Shown piece after piece: positions 1 through 12,349 of a stretch of DNA of 64,000 bases. The notes under the pieces were generated by a model. The model saw nothing but the letters and a program-made list of their open reading frames with translations, was not told where the DNA came from and did no database searches. The stretch spans positions 14,694,001 to 14,758,000 of the forward strand of contig JBHGNT010000007.1 in NCBI GenBank assembly GCA_043228905.1. Reading direction: 5' to 3'. Positions within the stretch are counted from its first letter, which is position 1. Each line of letters begins with the position of its first letter. A program made the position numbers and the translations under genes. The stretch is from Azolla caroliniana. Taxonomy: Eukaryota; Plantae; Polypodiophyta.

Positions 1-89
1 AACTACAGTTGTTTTGAAAAAGCAACCCACCATGCCAACTGAAGTTCCTATAATCTATGCAAGAAAACTTGGAGCATGAACATGAAGCA

Positions 90-635
90 TGAAAGGAATA
101 TGCGAAATATTGCTCGGTCACAACCGAATCTTAGTATCAACCATAGAAAGATGGGAATAGGAAGAAATGCACGTATACACACAAACAATAGAGCAAGAGA
201 GAGTACATAGGATGTTTACGTGGAAAACCCTAAATGGGAAAAACCACGGGAGCCCACTAGCTCCAAACTATCAGTATGTCTAGAAGAATACAACAAAAGG
301 AACACAGAGGCAACGACCTCTTGCTCACAACCTTCGCCTGGCGGCAGTTACAACAGAGACTCACTCTTACAATGATCTGCAACAACTCTAAATAGTCTTT
401 GCCCTAGGTCATATTTATACTAATATGACTTTCGGGCTATATACAAATATAGCCACAATGGGCTAATAGAAACGTATTTACATCTATGTCCCTTCATCTG
501 GTGAGAGGTTCTCACCGGGCCTGCGTCATCCGATTCTCACCGGGTCTTCCTTGCCGGGTACTCATCATCTGGTTCTCACCAGGTCTTCTGTTGTCGGGTA
601 TTCATATCCCATCCGGAGGGACCAAAATCCTAACA
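90..635 (-). repeat. 3' LTR of copia A
   Basis: TG...CA termini; PPT (AACTCCCCCTTCACT on + strand) at 636-650; about 54 bp longer in U3 than the 5' LTR. Confidence 0.93.
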
Positions 636-645
636 AACTCCCCCT

Positions 646-1976
646 TCACTCTGGTATGGGATGCCTTGTCAATTTGATCCTCTTCCTGCATGCATCTAGG
701 TTGTCAGGTGTTAGCACTTTTGTCAGGATATCTGACCCATTCCTCCTCCGTGTGAATTTTCATCAGCACGAACTCCCGATCTTCTACTCGCTCCCGGATC
801 TAGTGGTACCTGCGTTGGATGTGCTTTGTCCTGGAATAATAGGCAATGTTCTTTGCAAGGTGGATGGCACTCTGACTGTTGCAGTAGACCTGGTATTCCT
901 CTTCCCGGATCCCTAGCTCTCCGATGAAGTTCTTCATCCACAGTATTTCCTTTCCGGCTTCTACAGCTGCCATGTACTCCGCTTCCGTGGTTGACAACGC
1001 AACCGTCTTCTGTAGGCTCGACTGCCACGAAATAGCTCCCCCTGAATATTTCATGACATATTTGGATGTTGACCAGCTGGTATCCGCATCAGCTGACATG
1101 TCCGAATCCGTGAATCCGTTGAGTTGGGGTTACCTGAGCCGAATCAGAGGCACATACTCGTAGGGCCCTTCAAATACCGGAGTATCCATTTTACCGCATT
1201 CTAGTGCTCCTTGCTAGGATTGCTCATGAACCGGCTCACCACTCCTATTGCGTATCCGATATCCGGCCGGGTACACACCACTGCGTACATAAAGCTACCG
1301 ACATCAAAGGCATATGGTATCTTCATCATATCAACCTTCTCTGCCTTCATCTTTGGGCCTTTGCTTACCGGATAATCTACAGTTTTCCGGGAGTGTCGAT
1401 CTGACTGGTTTCGCATCTGACTTGTTGAACCGTTGAAGCACCTTTGTCACATATTTCTCCTGTGACAGCCACAATTGCTTCTTTGACCGGTCCCGGATGA
1501 TATGCATCCCAGTATCTGTCTTGTTGGACCCAAGTCTTTCATTCAGAAGGTCCGGTTCAGAGCCTTCTTCAGCATCCGTATCTTGACTTAGTCTTGTCCA
1601 ACGATCAACATGTCATCCACGTACAGGAGGAGTATCATGAAGTCTCCACCTTCGAACTTTGTCACAAATACACAATGATCGGCCTGCGTCTTGTGGTACC
1701 CTTGATCAGTCATGAAGGAGTCGAACTTCCGGTACCATTGCCGGGGAGCCTGCTTCAAACTGTAGAGGCTCTTCGTCAACCGGCAAACTAGGTGGTCCTT
1801 CCCTTTCTTCACAAATCCCTCCGGTTGCTGTATGTAGAACTCTTCTTCGAGGTCGCCGTGGAGGAACATTGTCTTCACATCTAACTACTCTACCTCAAGG
1901 TCCATGCTTGCTGCTATGTTCAGCACCGTCTGGATGGAAGTCATCTTTACTATCGGGGCAAATATCTCGTCGACGT
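646..1976 (-). pseudogene. copia A RT/RNase H (frameshifted, stops)
   Basis: LLLYVDDMLIVG, CTRPDIGYA, STTEAEY and RTKHIQRRYH motifs in fragmented ORFs. Confidence 0.92.
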
Positions 1977-4900
1977 TGTCGTGCCTTTCGGCGCCGGATC
2001 GTTGCGTGAGTCGTCAGGTGGGAACCGCTGAGGTTTTGGACTAGGAGAAAAGAAAATTCTAAGGCAATGAAGAATATGAAATATGTTGTAAGGAAGAAAG
2101 ATATAAAAAAAACTCGTGAATCCCATGAGTACAGTGTATTAGTGAGTACTCAGATTAAGAAAGAAAAATAGTTAGCAAATTTGGGAATCCCACGATTATA
2201 TTATATTAATCCCCCTTGTAAAAATATGCAAACCCCCATACATCTTTCTCTCCTCCTTATATAAGGATGGAAGAGACTAAGCATAGCTTCATGCTTTTTC
2301 TAAAGTGTTCATGCCTTCTAAAAAATGCATGATTTTCCTTTTAATAAAGGTAGGCGTAAATAAAGGTCTTATACATATTAAATTCTTCTATTTAGAACAC
2401 TTAGTATAAGTTAGTACAATGGTAAGGTTGGGGTTTGTTTATGTGGAGGTACAGGGTTTGAATCTTGCCTTATGCACGTAATAAATATTTTTAATATTTT
2501 ATTTTATTTATTATACGTACTTTAAATCGGATATAGTATTTTACATATTTCACGTAGTGTGTGATTCACACTACGACACTTGCCCCCTCCGAACCCGCAC
2601 ATCCTCCGGTATGTGCCGAAGTCCCCGATGCTTGCTATTCACCTTCATCCGAAGCTTCCTCCGATTCTCCCCTTAAGTCGACTATGAGTTGTAATCCACT
2701 TTCTTCGCTTTCCGCATCACCGCGATCTTGTCTAATTGCTCCTTCTTCTCCGTCTTGTCTAGGATCACATAGGGTTCTTCATCAGTTCGCTTCTTGAAAA
2801 TCTTCACCCATTTCCCGGCTATAGGCACTCGTAGCATCGTTCCATCCAACTCGCATAGTTGGTAAGTTCCATTGTCAAAAACTTTCCGAACCTCGTATGG
2901 CCTGAACCACCTTTTTGCGAACTTCCGCATCCTTGTATGTTGATGATCCAAACTACCGTCGTAGATAATCACCCAATCTCCTTCTTCAATCTTCCGCGGT
3001 CGTAGTCGGTGCTTTCTGTCGAACCGGCTTCTATTCCGGAATAGCACTTCTTGTTGTTGGCGTATTGCTTCCGCTATGTCTTCTAGTCTTCCCTCTAGTT
3101 GTCGTATCCGGACCGCTAGTAGTTCTTCCCGGCTCATCTCTTCCTTCCACGGTAGCACTGTCCATGTCGCGATCGCGGTTTCCGTTGGCATTACCGGTGC
3201 TTGTCCGGTCTTGAGTTCTGCGGGCATGTAACTGGTTACGGAGCTATGCGTCGTCCGATCCGCCCATAGTGCATACAGAAGCATTTGCGGCCAATCCTTC
3301 ACCCTTCCATTTCATGCCTTCGCAAGTGCTTTAACGATCGGACTATGTCCTCGTTCGATCTTCCCGTTGGCTTCCGAATTGTATGTCGTTGTCAGTGTTA
3401 ACCGAACTCCATGTTTGGTGAAGAATTCCTTAGCTTTATAAGAGTCGAGTTCTCCCCGATCCGCAATCACTTGTCCTACGCACCCGTACCTGCAAAACAC
3501 CTCCTCCAAAAGAAATTGGCATACTGTAGAACACGTTTTCCTTCGTAACGCCCGACCTTCTACTTGGTTTGTGAGATCTTCCCGAGCTAACACCAAGTAC
3601 TTCTTTTGTCTGATCCCGGTTGGCATGGCTACAATATCGACCATCCATTTGAAGTTGATTGTCGGTGAGAATGTCGGATGTAACTCATCTCGATGTCGAA
3701 CTCCGGAGTAGATTTGACACTTCTCATAGCTTTCCGTGAACTCCGCTATATCTTTGCACATGTTCTTCCACCAATATTTTTGTTTGATTTTCACAAAAGT
3801 TGTCCACGTTCCTCGATGGCCAGCCCAATCAGATTCGTGTAATTCAGACATTATCCGGTTTCATTTCTCTTTTGTCCCGACTACCCGAAGTGGTATGCCA
3901 TCCGGTCTTTTCGGCTCCCTCCATATTAATCCATTTTTCAAGAAGAACTTTCAGACTTGCCGCTTCTTACTTCGGATCTTGGCTCTCTTCTCTTTATTGG
4001 TCGATGATTCCTCGATTTCTTGTAGCACTATCCCGATCAACAAGCTTTCTCCTTCGTATTCTTCTTCCCGGAATTCGCGGATTACGTTCACCCGGCATAT
4101 GTGCTCCGAAGCAAAGTAGTCTTCGGAAACTTCTTCATTATCGGATTCGGTTATGTCATCTCCGAACCACACCCTTGATAGCATATCCGCTACCGTGTTT
4201 TCTTTTCCAGAGATGTGTCATACCTCCAGATTAAGTGACTTAACATATGCAATCCACCTTAGCATAGCCACATCCGGTATCATGCAACACCGCATCATCC
4301 CGAGTACTGGAAGACAATCCGTTTCAATTACTACTTCTGCTCCGATCAAATAATCTTGATCTGATTTGATTGCCGAAACGACTCCCCATAATTCTCTTTT
4401 GACTTGTGCATATCCGCGTTGCCTTTCATTGAGAACCTTTACTCCGAATCGGATCGGATATCGCGAACCATCCGAGTCAGCTTGATTGATGACCCATCCA
4501 ATTCCTGTTGGACTTGTGTCAACCGTTACTATGATTGGTCGGTCATAGTTCGGCTTCTTTAGTGCTTTTGCCCTCTGTAGTGATTTCTTGAGCTTCTTCA
4601 CGGCTTTGGTATGCTCTGGTTTCCATTCGAACTTCTTACCCTTCCGCAACAAGTGATAGAGTGGGTCCGCAATATGTGCATAGTGCGGAATCCATATGTG
4701 ATAGAATGCACATGCTCCAAGAAACCTTCGAACTTCGGATTGTGACTCGCATACTTCTTTCATAGCTTGAATCGCATCGATCTTGGTTGGTGACGGTCTT
4801 CGGACGTAGGGCCCACAACAATCTTGTGTCGTGCCTTTCGGCGACGGATCGTTGCGTGAGTCGGGTGGGAACCGTTGAGGTTTTGGACTAGGAGAAAAGA

Positions 4901-5423
4901 AAATTCTAAGGCAATGAAGAATATGAAATATGTTGTAAGGAAGAAAGATATAAAAAAAACTCATGAATCCCACGAGTATAGTGTATTAGTGAGTACTCAG
5001 ATTAAGAAAGAAAAATAGTTAGCAAATTCATGAATCCCATGATTATATTATATTAATCCCCCTTGTAAAAATATGCAACCCCCAATACATCTTTCTCTCC
5101 TCCTTATATAAGGATGGAAGAGGCTAAGCATAGCTTCATGCTTTTTCTAAAGTGTTCATGCCTTCTAAAAAATGCATGACTTTCCTTTTAATAAAGGTAG
5201 GTGTAAATAAAGGTCTTATACATATTAAATCTATATTTAAAACATTTAGGATAAGTTAGTACAATGGTAAGGTTGGGGTTTGTCTACGTGGAGTTATAGG
5301 GTTGGAATCTTGCCCTATGCATGTAATAAATATTTTTAATATTTTATTTTATTTATTATGCATACTTTAAATTGGATATAGTATTTTACATATTTCACGT
5401 AGTGTGTGATTCACACTACGACA
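1977..5423 (-). mobile_element. Internally deleted non-chromoviral Ty3/gypsy element (Phygy/Selgy-like by inference)
   Basis: LTRs 1977-2578 and 4827-5423 (TGTCGT...ACGACA), 4-bp TSD ACGT, PPT GGAGGGGGCAAG (minus strand) next to the 3' LTR. Only RT C-terminus, RNase H (TVDTSPTG...KRELWG) and integrase (GHRG, AREDLTNQVEGR, ANGKIERGH) remain. Confidence 0.9.
2404..2475 (+). promoter_or_regulatory. tRNA-like Pol III type-2 module in LTR U3 (second copy at 5249-5320)
   Basis: A-box TAGTACAATGG 2412-2422, B-box GGTTTGAATC 2455-2464, 7-bp acceptor-like stem GTATAAG/CTTATGC, T-runs downstream. Confidence 0.6.
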
Positions 5424-8120
5424 ACGTCCACGCCCTTCTTCTGCTAGAACCCTTTCACTACAATCCTGGCTTTGTATCTTGGGGGCTTACCGGCATCTCC
5501 CGGTTTCAACTTGTACACCCACTTGTTTCGAAGTGCCCGCTTTCCTTTTGGCAACCCCACCAATTCATACATGTGGTTCTCATGCAGGGAATCCATCTCG
5601 TCCTACATGGCACTTAACCACTTGCGGCTATGGGTGTCCTCCCTTGCTTCTTCGAAGCTCCCCGGCTCCCCCTCAGCAGTTAGCAACACATGCTCTGGAT
5701 CCGGAAATCTTCGAGGGGCCCTTCTCTCTCTGACAGGATATCCCCGTCTTTGGTTTTCGGTAACCGGCTTCTGCGTCTGTTCTTCGTCCGAATCCGATTC
5801 GGGATATTGGTCGGTTCCGGTTCCAACTTCCTCTTCTTCTTCTGCCGGTTCGGTATCCTTACCATAACCGGCCGGTTCTTCGAGTGTCAACCGGCTCTTA
5901 GCCGGGTAGCTCCTAATCTCATCGAACCGATCCTTACTGGTCGACTCAGAGTTCATTATCTTCTTCTTCGAGTCCCAGTCGGCAAGGGTCTTGTCGTCCA
6001 TGAAGATAATATCTCGACTCCGGAACACCTTCTTGTCGACGGGGTCCCACACTTGGTAACCGAACTCATCATCACCGTATCTGAGGAATATGCAAGGCCG
6101 AGACTTTGGATCCAACTTTGTTCTCCGGTCCTTTGCCACATGCACCTAAGCAAGACACCCGAACACCTTCAAATGCTAGTAAGACACTTCCTTACCGGTC
6201 CACACTCTTTGCGGTGTGTCTCCGTCCAAGGGTACTGAAGGTGATCTGTTTATCACGTACGTCGCTGTCGCCACCACCTCAGCCCAAAATGTCTTGGTTA
6301 ACTTGGCATTTGCTAGCATACTCCGGACCCTATCCATTGTGGTCCGGTTCATCCTCTCGGCTAGCCCATTGAGTTCTGGTGTCTTCAGCATGATAAATTC
6401 GAGCCAGATTCCCTTCGAGCGGTAGTACTCCTCGAACTGCCCCCGGTATTCTCCTCCGTTATCTGCTCGAACCGCCTTCCGCTTCCGACTGATTTCTCTT
6501 TCCATTCTCGCGTGGAGCTCCTTGAAAACGGATAACACTTGATCCTTCGTCTTCAATGGTGAGACCCACAACTTCCGGCTGTGGTCATCTATGAACATCA
6601 CGAAGTACTGCGATCCAGCATGTGACTTCGTGTCCACTTGACACACATTGGTATGCACTAGCTCAAGTGGTGCATTTTGTCTCATCGGTGGTCTTGATCA
6701 GAAGGAGGTTCAGTTTTGCTTACAAGGCAGGCAATCGGTGCACTTCTCAAGATGCACGTCTTTCACCGGAATGAGGTTGTCTTTGGCAAGCCTCCTCATC
6801 CCCCCCTCACTCATGTGACACAGTCTCTTGCGCCACAGCTCACCGGCAATGTCGGATGCTATGTTCACTTCTTCCGGGCATGACCGGGCGTTCATCAGGT
6901 ACAATGTGTTGACCTTCCGGGCCTGAGCCACTATCAGGCTCCCTTTGTTGAACTTCATGACACTGTTCTAGATGCTACCCGTGTAGCCTTCATCATCTAG
7001 CCGACCGGCTAATATAAGGTTCAATTGAACCTCCGGAACGTGTCAAACATCCTTCAGCAGCATCTTGCATCCGATTGGTATTGTCAACCACACATCACCT
7101 ATGCCGACAATTTGGCATGTTCCCTCATTCCGCATCTGGACACAGCCGTGCTCGCCGACTATGTAGGATGAGAAGCATTTCCGGTCTGGAGTAAGATGGA
7201 ACGACGCCCCAGAATCAACAACCCACGTTATCTCGTCATCGGCAAAGTTCAGCTCATTCTCCTCGGTGATGAGCATTGTTTCCTCTTCACTTGCCATGAT
7301 TGCCATCATTCCCTTCCGGTCCTGTCATCTCCGGTGACCGCTTCGAATTGGTATTGTCGGTTTCCTTGTCTTTCCCGAAATGCTGATAATTCTTCTGGAA
7401 GTGCCCTGGCTTGCTGCAATAGAAGCAAGTGGGCCTCCCCTTTGACTTTGACCGTGTCCCTGACTTTTCCCAGTTTTCGGGACTTCGGTTTCTTTGTCTT
7501 CCACGTTCTGATTCAGTAAGGAGCGCTTTGGGGTCGGAGATCACCTCTTTGTCTTTCCGACGCGCCTCCTCATCTAGCAAGCTCGACTTGACTCTTGCCA
7601 GGGACAACTATTTTCCTTCAGGCCCAACGTTGCCCAAAGTGACAACTAATGTCTCCCAGCTATCCAAGAGGGAATCGAGCAGGAGTAATACTTGTACCTC
7701 ATCGGCGAGAGGTACTTCCAACGATGTTGCCTGGTGTATCAGCCCCTGGAAGGCATTCATGTGCTCCGCCATACTGGAGCCATCTTGGTATCGGAGTTTT
7801 ACTAGCTTCCGGAATACTGAAACCCGATTAATAGCATTTTCGTTCTAAAACATAATGTGGATCTTCTCCCAGAGTTCATAAGCCTTACTTTCTTCATTAA
7901 AGTTGTTGTATAGGCTCATGTCTATGAAGCACTGTATGTATGCCATTGTCTTCATGTGCATCACCTCCCATATCGTGGCATCGATCTTGTTCGGTCTCTT
8001 GTCCCCGAACTGAACCAGCCACTAAAGATCTTTAACCACGAGCATGTCCCTCATCTTCAACTTCCACACTAAGTAGTTGGAGCCGGTGAGCTTGAACATG
8101 CCGCCAAATGAATCTTCCAT
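5424..8120 (-). pseudogene. copia A gag-protease-integrase-RT N-terminus
   Basis: ATG at 8120 (MEDSFGGMFKLTGSNY), decayed CCHC knuckle, WVVDSGAS protease, integrase ADNGGEY / NGLAERMNRT. Confidence 0.92.
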
Positions 8121-8135
8121 TTTCTATGTCGTTTC

Positions 8136-8147
8136 GCTCTTATACCA
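8136..8147 (-). promoter_or_regulatory. Primer-binding site (tRNA-iMet type) of copia A
   Basis: TGGTATAAGAGC on minus strand, one mismatch to TGGTATCAGAGC, 3 nt from the LTR. Confidence 0.85.
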
Positions 8148-8150
8148 GTT

Positions 8151-8642
8151 TGACAGGAATATGCGGAATATTGCTCGGTCACAACCGAGTCTTAGGATGA
8201 ACCACAGAAACATGGGAATAGGAAGAAATGCACGTAAACACACAAACAATATAGCAAGAGAGAGTACACATGATGTTTACGTGGAAAACCCTAAACGGGA
8301 AAAACCACGGGAGCCCACTAGCTCCAAACTATCAGTATGTCTAGAAGAATACAACAAAAGGAACACAGAGGCAACGACCTCTTGCTCACAATCTTCGCCT
8401 GGCGGCGGTAACAACATAGACTCACTCTTACAATGATCTGCAACAGCTCTAAATAGTGTTTGCCCAAGGTCATATTTATACTAATATGACTTTCGGGTTA
8501 TTTACAAATATAGCCACAATGGGCTAACAGAAAAGTATTTACATCTATGTCCCTTCATCCGGTGAGAGGTTCTCACCGGGCCTGCGTCATTCGGTTCTCA
8601 CCGGGTACTCATATCCCATCCGGAGGGACCGAAATCCTAAAA
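8151..8642 (-). repeat. 5' LTR of copia A
   Basis: Direct repeat of 90-635, flanked by PBS and TSD. Confidence 0.93.
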
Positions 8643-10743
8643 AAGCATGATCTAGAACAATCTGGTCTAAAATATCTTGTGCAAAATTATCTGAACCAAT
8701 GCTCGAACAAATAGAATCAAGAAATTTTGAATCTAAAGTTGCCTTAGAAATATTTGTCACTATTAAACGTAGACAACTAGGGCTCAAAAGGACTTGTTCT
8801 TGATGGTCATAAGTTGGGTCCCCCGATTTTGGTGCAAAATAAGAGTGTCGTGATAAGGCATCAACTTTACCTTGTATTCCTAATCGGTATGTTATCACAA
8901 AGTTGAACCGTGTCAGAAATTGTGCCCACCAAGCTTGTCATCGATTTAGGACTCGAGCATTTTGAAAGTATGTGAGGTTTTTATGAGCATTGTAAACACA
9001 ATTGTTCGAAAATATCAACAATTGTCAACAATTCTTTGTAATTGGATTTCATAATTGATTTCTACAGGTTCAAACTTTCTTGAATGAAATGCAACTCGAT
9101 GCAATTTCACATCATGCACTATTTGCGATAGAACACTTCCTAGTGCAAAATCAGATGCATCTGCTTCTATGATAAACGACTTTTCAAGGTCAACCTGGAC
9201 CAAAATGGGAGCAGATGTAAATGCATGCTTCCAGCTATCAAATGCTTCGGCTGTGCTTGACACCCATACAAATGGTCGGTTCTTCTATGTTAGTTCTGTG
9301 AGGGGCAAAACAACTTTTGAGTAACTCCTAAAGAACTTGTGGTAGAAATTCACAAATCCCAAGAAACATTGCAAATCGTGAACTAAGCATGGTGTCTTTC
9401 AATCTAGAACCATTTGTACTTTCTTTGGATCCATAGAAATACCTTTTAGCAAGACCATATACCCTAGAAATTCCACTTGATTGCGGTCAAAGCAACAATT
9501 CTCTAGTTTGGCATAAAGACCAAATTCTGGTAATCGTTGCAAAACTTGTCGAACATGGTTATCTTGCTCCTCTTGTGTCTTTGAGGATATTAGTATGTCA
9601 TTCAAGTAAATTATCGTGAAGATATCAAGGAAATCTAGAAAGATATTATTTGCTATATGTTGAAAAACTGTTGGAGCATTTGTAAGACCGAATGACCATA
9701 TCGCGTGCGAAAATCAATTTTCCATTCATCACTAGGTCGAATATGAACAATGTTGTAAGCTCCTTGTAATTCTAGCCTTGTGAAGTATTTGGCCCCACTA
9801 AGACGTTCCAAGATATTTGGAATCAATGGTAGAGCATATTGATTTCGGATCATAACCTGTTCAAGCCTTGATAATCTATGACCAAATGTAAAGAGCCATC
9901 TTTCTTCTTAACGAAAAAAATAGAAGCGCTAGCAAGAGATCAAGAATGTTGAATAAATCCACTTCCAAGATTCTCATCAATATATTCTTGAAGAACTTTC
10001 AATTCTAATGGCGAAACGTTATAAATTGGGCCCCATGGTGGTTCCTTCTCGGAATGCAAATCAATGGGACAATCATATGGTCAATGATCAGGAAGTGTCG
10101 TAGCCTTTACCTTATCAAGCACATTTGAAAATTCTTGATACTTGGATGGTAAATGGACCTCCAAATCTTATGGGTTTGAAAACAGGGTTATGACCACTAC
10201 AAACACAAACATGTCTTCTATTGTAGCTTCACTACGTAATCTTTGGAGAGAGATAGTTGATATATGTATTGATGATAGCTTTGAGGTTGATGTGGTGAGG
10301 AGCTTTGAATTGTTGTTGTCTTGTGAATCTATGATTTCACACTTCTTCCAATCAATCTTTGGATTATGAAGTTCGAACCAACGCAACCCAAGAACAATTG
10401 GATGTTTGGGATTGCTTATGATATTGAAAGATATTACACAAGCTAAATTACCACGAACTAAACGAATAGTCTGTAATTCTTCAGTAATATCTCTTGATGC
10501 AATAGAATTGCCATCGATTACTGCTACAAATGTTGGATGAGGAAGCTTATACAGTATAATTTGTTGTGTTATGGCAAAATCCCGATCCATGAAACATGAG
10601 TTGGCTCCGGAATCCAAGAGTGCAGACGCAAGAACTTGATGACATCTTGATGTGTTGAGTTGAACTTGTGCCATTACAACTTCATTGAATTGGTTCGATG
10701 AAACGGAACCTAAGCTAGGAACAAGTTCTATATGCTTTGGTTC

Positions 10744-10788
10744 GTCCAACCAAATGGCTCCAATTTTGGCTAGACTTACTCGTTTAAC
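10744..10788 (-). promoter_or_regulatory. Putative -1 ribosomal frameshift signal (gag/pol), homologous to 38851-38895
   Basis: GTTAAAC heptamer, 6-nt spacer containing the gag stop, 11-bp stem-loop. Confidence 0.6.
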
Positions 10789-11957
10789 AAGTCATCCAAT
10801 TGGCTTAGAACATCAAAACTGTTGGACTGAGGGCCGTTGATAGGAGTTCTTGGTTTATTGACTTTGACTGGAGAACATGAATCAAAATTCTCAACAGTAC
10901 TTACTTGATTTAATTTTCTCTTTGGTCGATGAGGACAATGTATTGCTATATTTCCTAGACCACCACAATATAGGCAAAGTCGATTTGCTCGACATCGGTG
11001 TTTCTCGGCTCAGACAAAGGACCTCGATGACGTGCCGCATCAATATCAATTGGAGTAGGTCCATTAAAAGAATAAGGATTGGGAACTTGCATTGGTTCTA
11101 AGGCTGGTCAGGTTAATGTTGCAGCATATGTTTGCTCTGATCTAAGATGTGTCGACATTTGTTGGCGCTCAAAATGTGGTTCAAACAAACGATTGTCGCA
11201 TGGAACTACGTGACTAATAGCTTCTATCATTGATTTAAGTTCATCATGAAATGTTAAGAGCAAGTCTTTGACATCATTACGCGAACAATGCCAAAACAAG
11301 TCCATCAACGCCGCTTTATCACAAGCAAGAAGATGAAATTTTGTTACGTAAGCTGAGAATGGCTAATCTCCTTGGTGCAATTTGCATATCTTGTTTATTT
11401 TTTTCTTACACGATCAGTATCACCAAAACTAGCTTGGAATTCATTGATAAAGGTATCAAAGTTATCTAGCATTGGAGACTTCTTCTCTAGCAATGGTGCA
11501 AACCATGCTAGTGTGGTTCCTGTCAATAATGGTCCAACTAACCCAATTCGAGTTGCGTCAGTTGGATATCGGTGGGGATGCATATGAATTATAAGATGTA
11601 CCTGATTTAAGAATCCTCGAAATTGAGACCTTGTACCATCAAACTTTGTTGGAAAACTAATTTTGGGTTTCCTAACAAACTCTGAGAGGTTGAATCTTGT
11701 TGTCAAAGAGATAACACAACGGCTTCAAGTTGTTGGACATGTTTCGAGAGTTCCTCACATTGTTGTGCCTTTTCAACACTCGCTGCAAGTTGCCAAGAAG
11801 TTTTTGATTCTTTTGTTCCAATGCGAGATTTTTTATTGTTAGGAGCTCAAGTTTCGATAGAATACACATATACTCTTGTTTACTAATTGTTTCCATTGTG
11901 AAAAGTAGATTTGGCTAGATACTCGGGAAAAAAATTTGAGTCGATTCTAGTTCAAAC

Positions 11958-12349
11958 TATGACAGCCCAAGCTTCGAAGAAGATCTCGATGTCCAAGAAA
12001 AGAAGATAATAAAAAACGAGAAGACAATAACATGACAAGGTGACAAGAATTTGTATTACCGTAAACCAAGATTACAAGGTGACTGAAGACTGGTATTGAA
12101 CCGGAATGGTTCAACACTAAGCAGATCTTTGACTTATATAGAGTACATCGGATTGCGCATGATCACCATTTGGCATACATGCGTGCATGCCATTTGGCGG
12201 TATCTACTGTGTCTAGTGCCCCATACTTCTTGAATAATAATAATACGAAAATATATCTATTAATTAAAATACGTGGGTGTAATGGTTAAAGTGTAAGACC
12301 CTTGTTTAAAGGTTACAAATTCAAATCTTGATATTGACATTTTGTGACA
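11958..12349 (-). repeat. 5' LTR of the degenerate Tcn1-like element
   Basis: Same layout as LTR 40109-40543: adjacent GTTCAAAC PBS-like motif, TTGAACC...GGTTCAA inverted repeat, TATA at about 12134-12140, TGACA end. Partner LTR lies outside the window. Confidence 0.75.
12268..12337 (+). promoter_or_regulatory. Decayed tRNA-like Pol III module in LTR U3
   Basis: A-box GGGTGTAATGG 12275-12285, then AGGTT-ACAAA-TTCAAAT-CTTGA (T-arm/B-box-like) at canonical distance, TTTT downstream. Confidence 0.5.

Larger units (their letters stand above)
90..8642 (-). mobile_element. Ty1/copia element A (Tnt1/Tork-like), degenerate, with nested gypsy at 1977-5423
   Basis: Paired LTRs 90-635 and 8151-8642, 5-bp TSD AAGCA (85-89, 8643-8647), iMet-type PBS, PPT, gag-PR-IN-RT-RH order. 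Confidence 0.95.
1..12349 (-). mobile_element. Degenerate Tcn1-like Ty3/gypsy element (3' part runs off the window), interrupted by the copia at 90-8642
   Basis: gag fragments 11108-11896, protease LLDSGA (ORF 10168-10749), RT/RNase H fragments 8650-10140, collinear with the element at 34870-40543. Bases 1-89 continue the frame across the copia insertion (QIVLDHA|SCSCSKFSCIDYRNFSWHGGLLF, compare QIDPSRVSCSQSQPLGTNYRQFKYHDGLLF). Confidence 0.88.

Noticed and set aside
540-600. 54-bp U3 length difference between copia A LTRs as evidence of chimerism
   Set aside because: Explained by a simple deletion between CGGGT microhomologies in the 5' LTR.
4827-4973. Hydrophobic N-terminus of ORF 4218-4973 as a signal peptide or env-like fusion
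   Set aside because: It is LTR sequence read in frame with the truncated RT.
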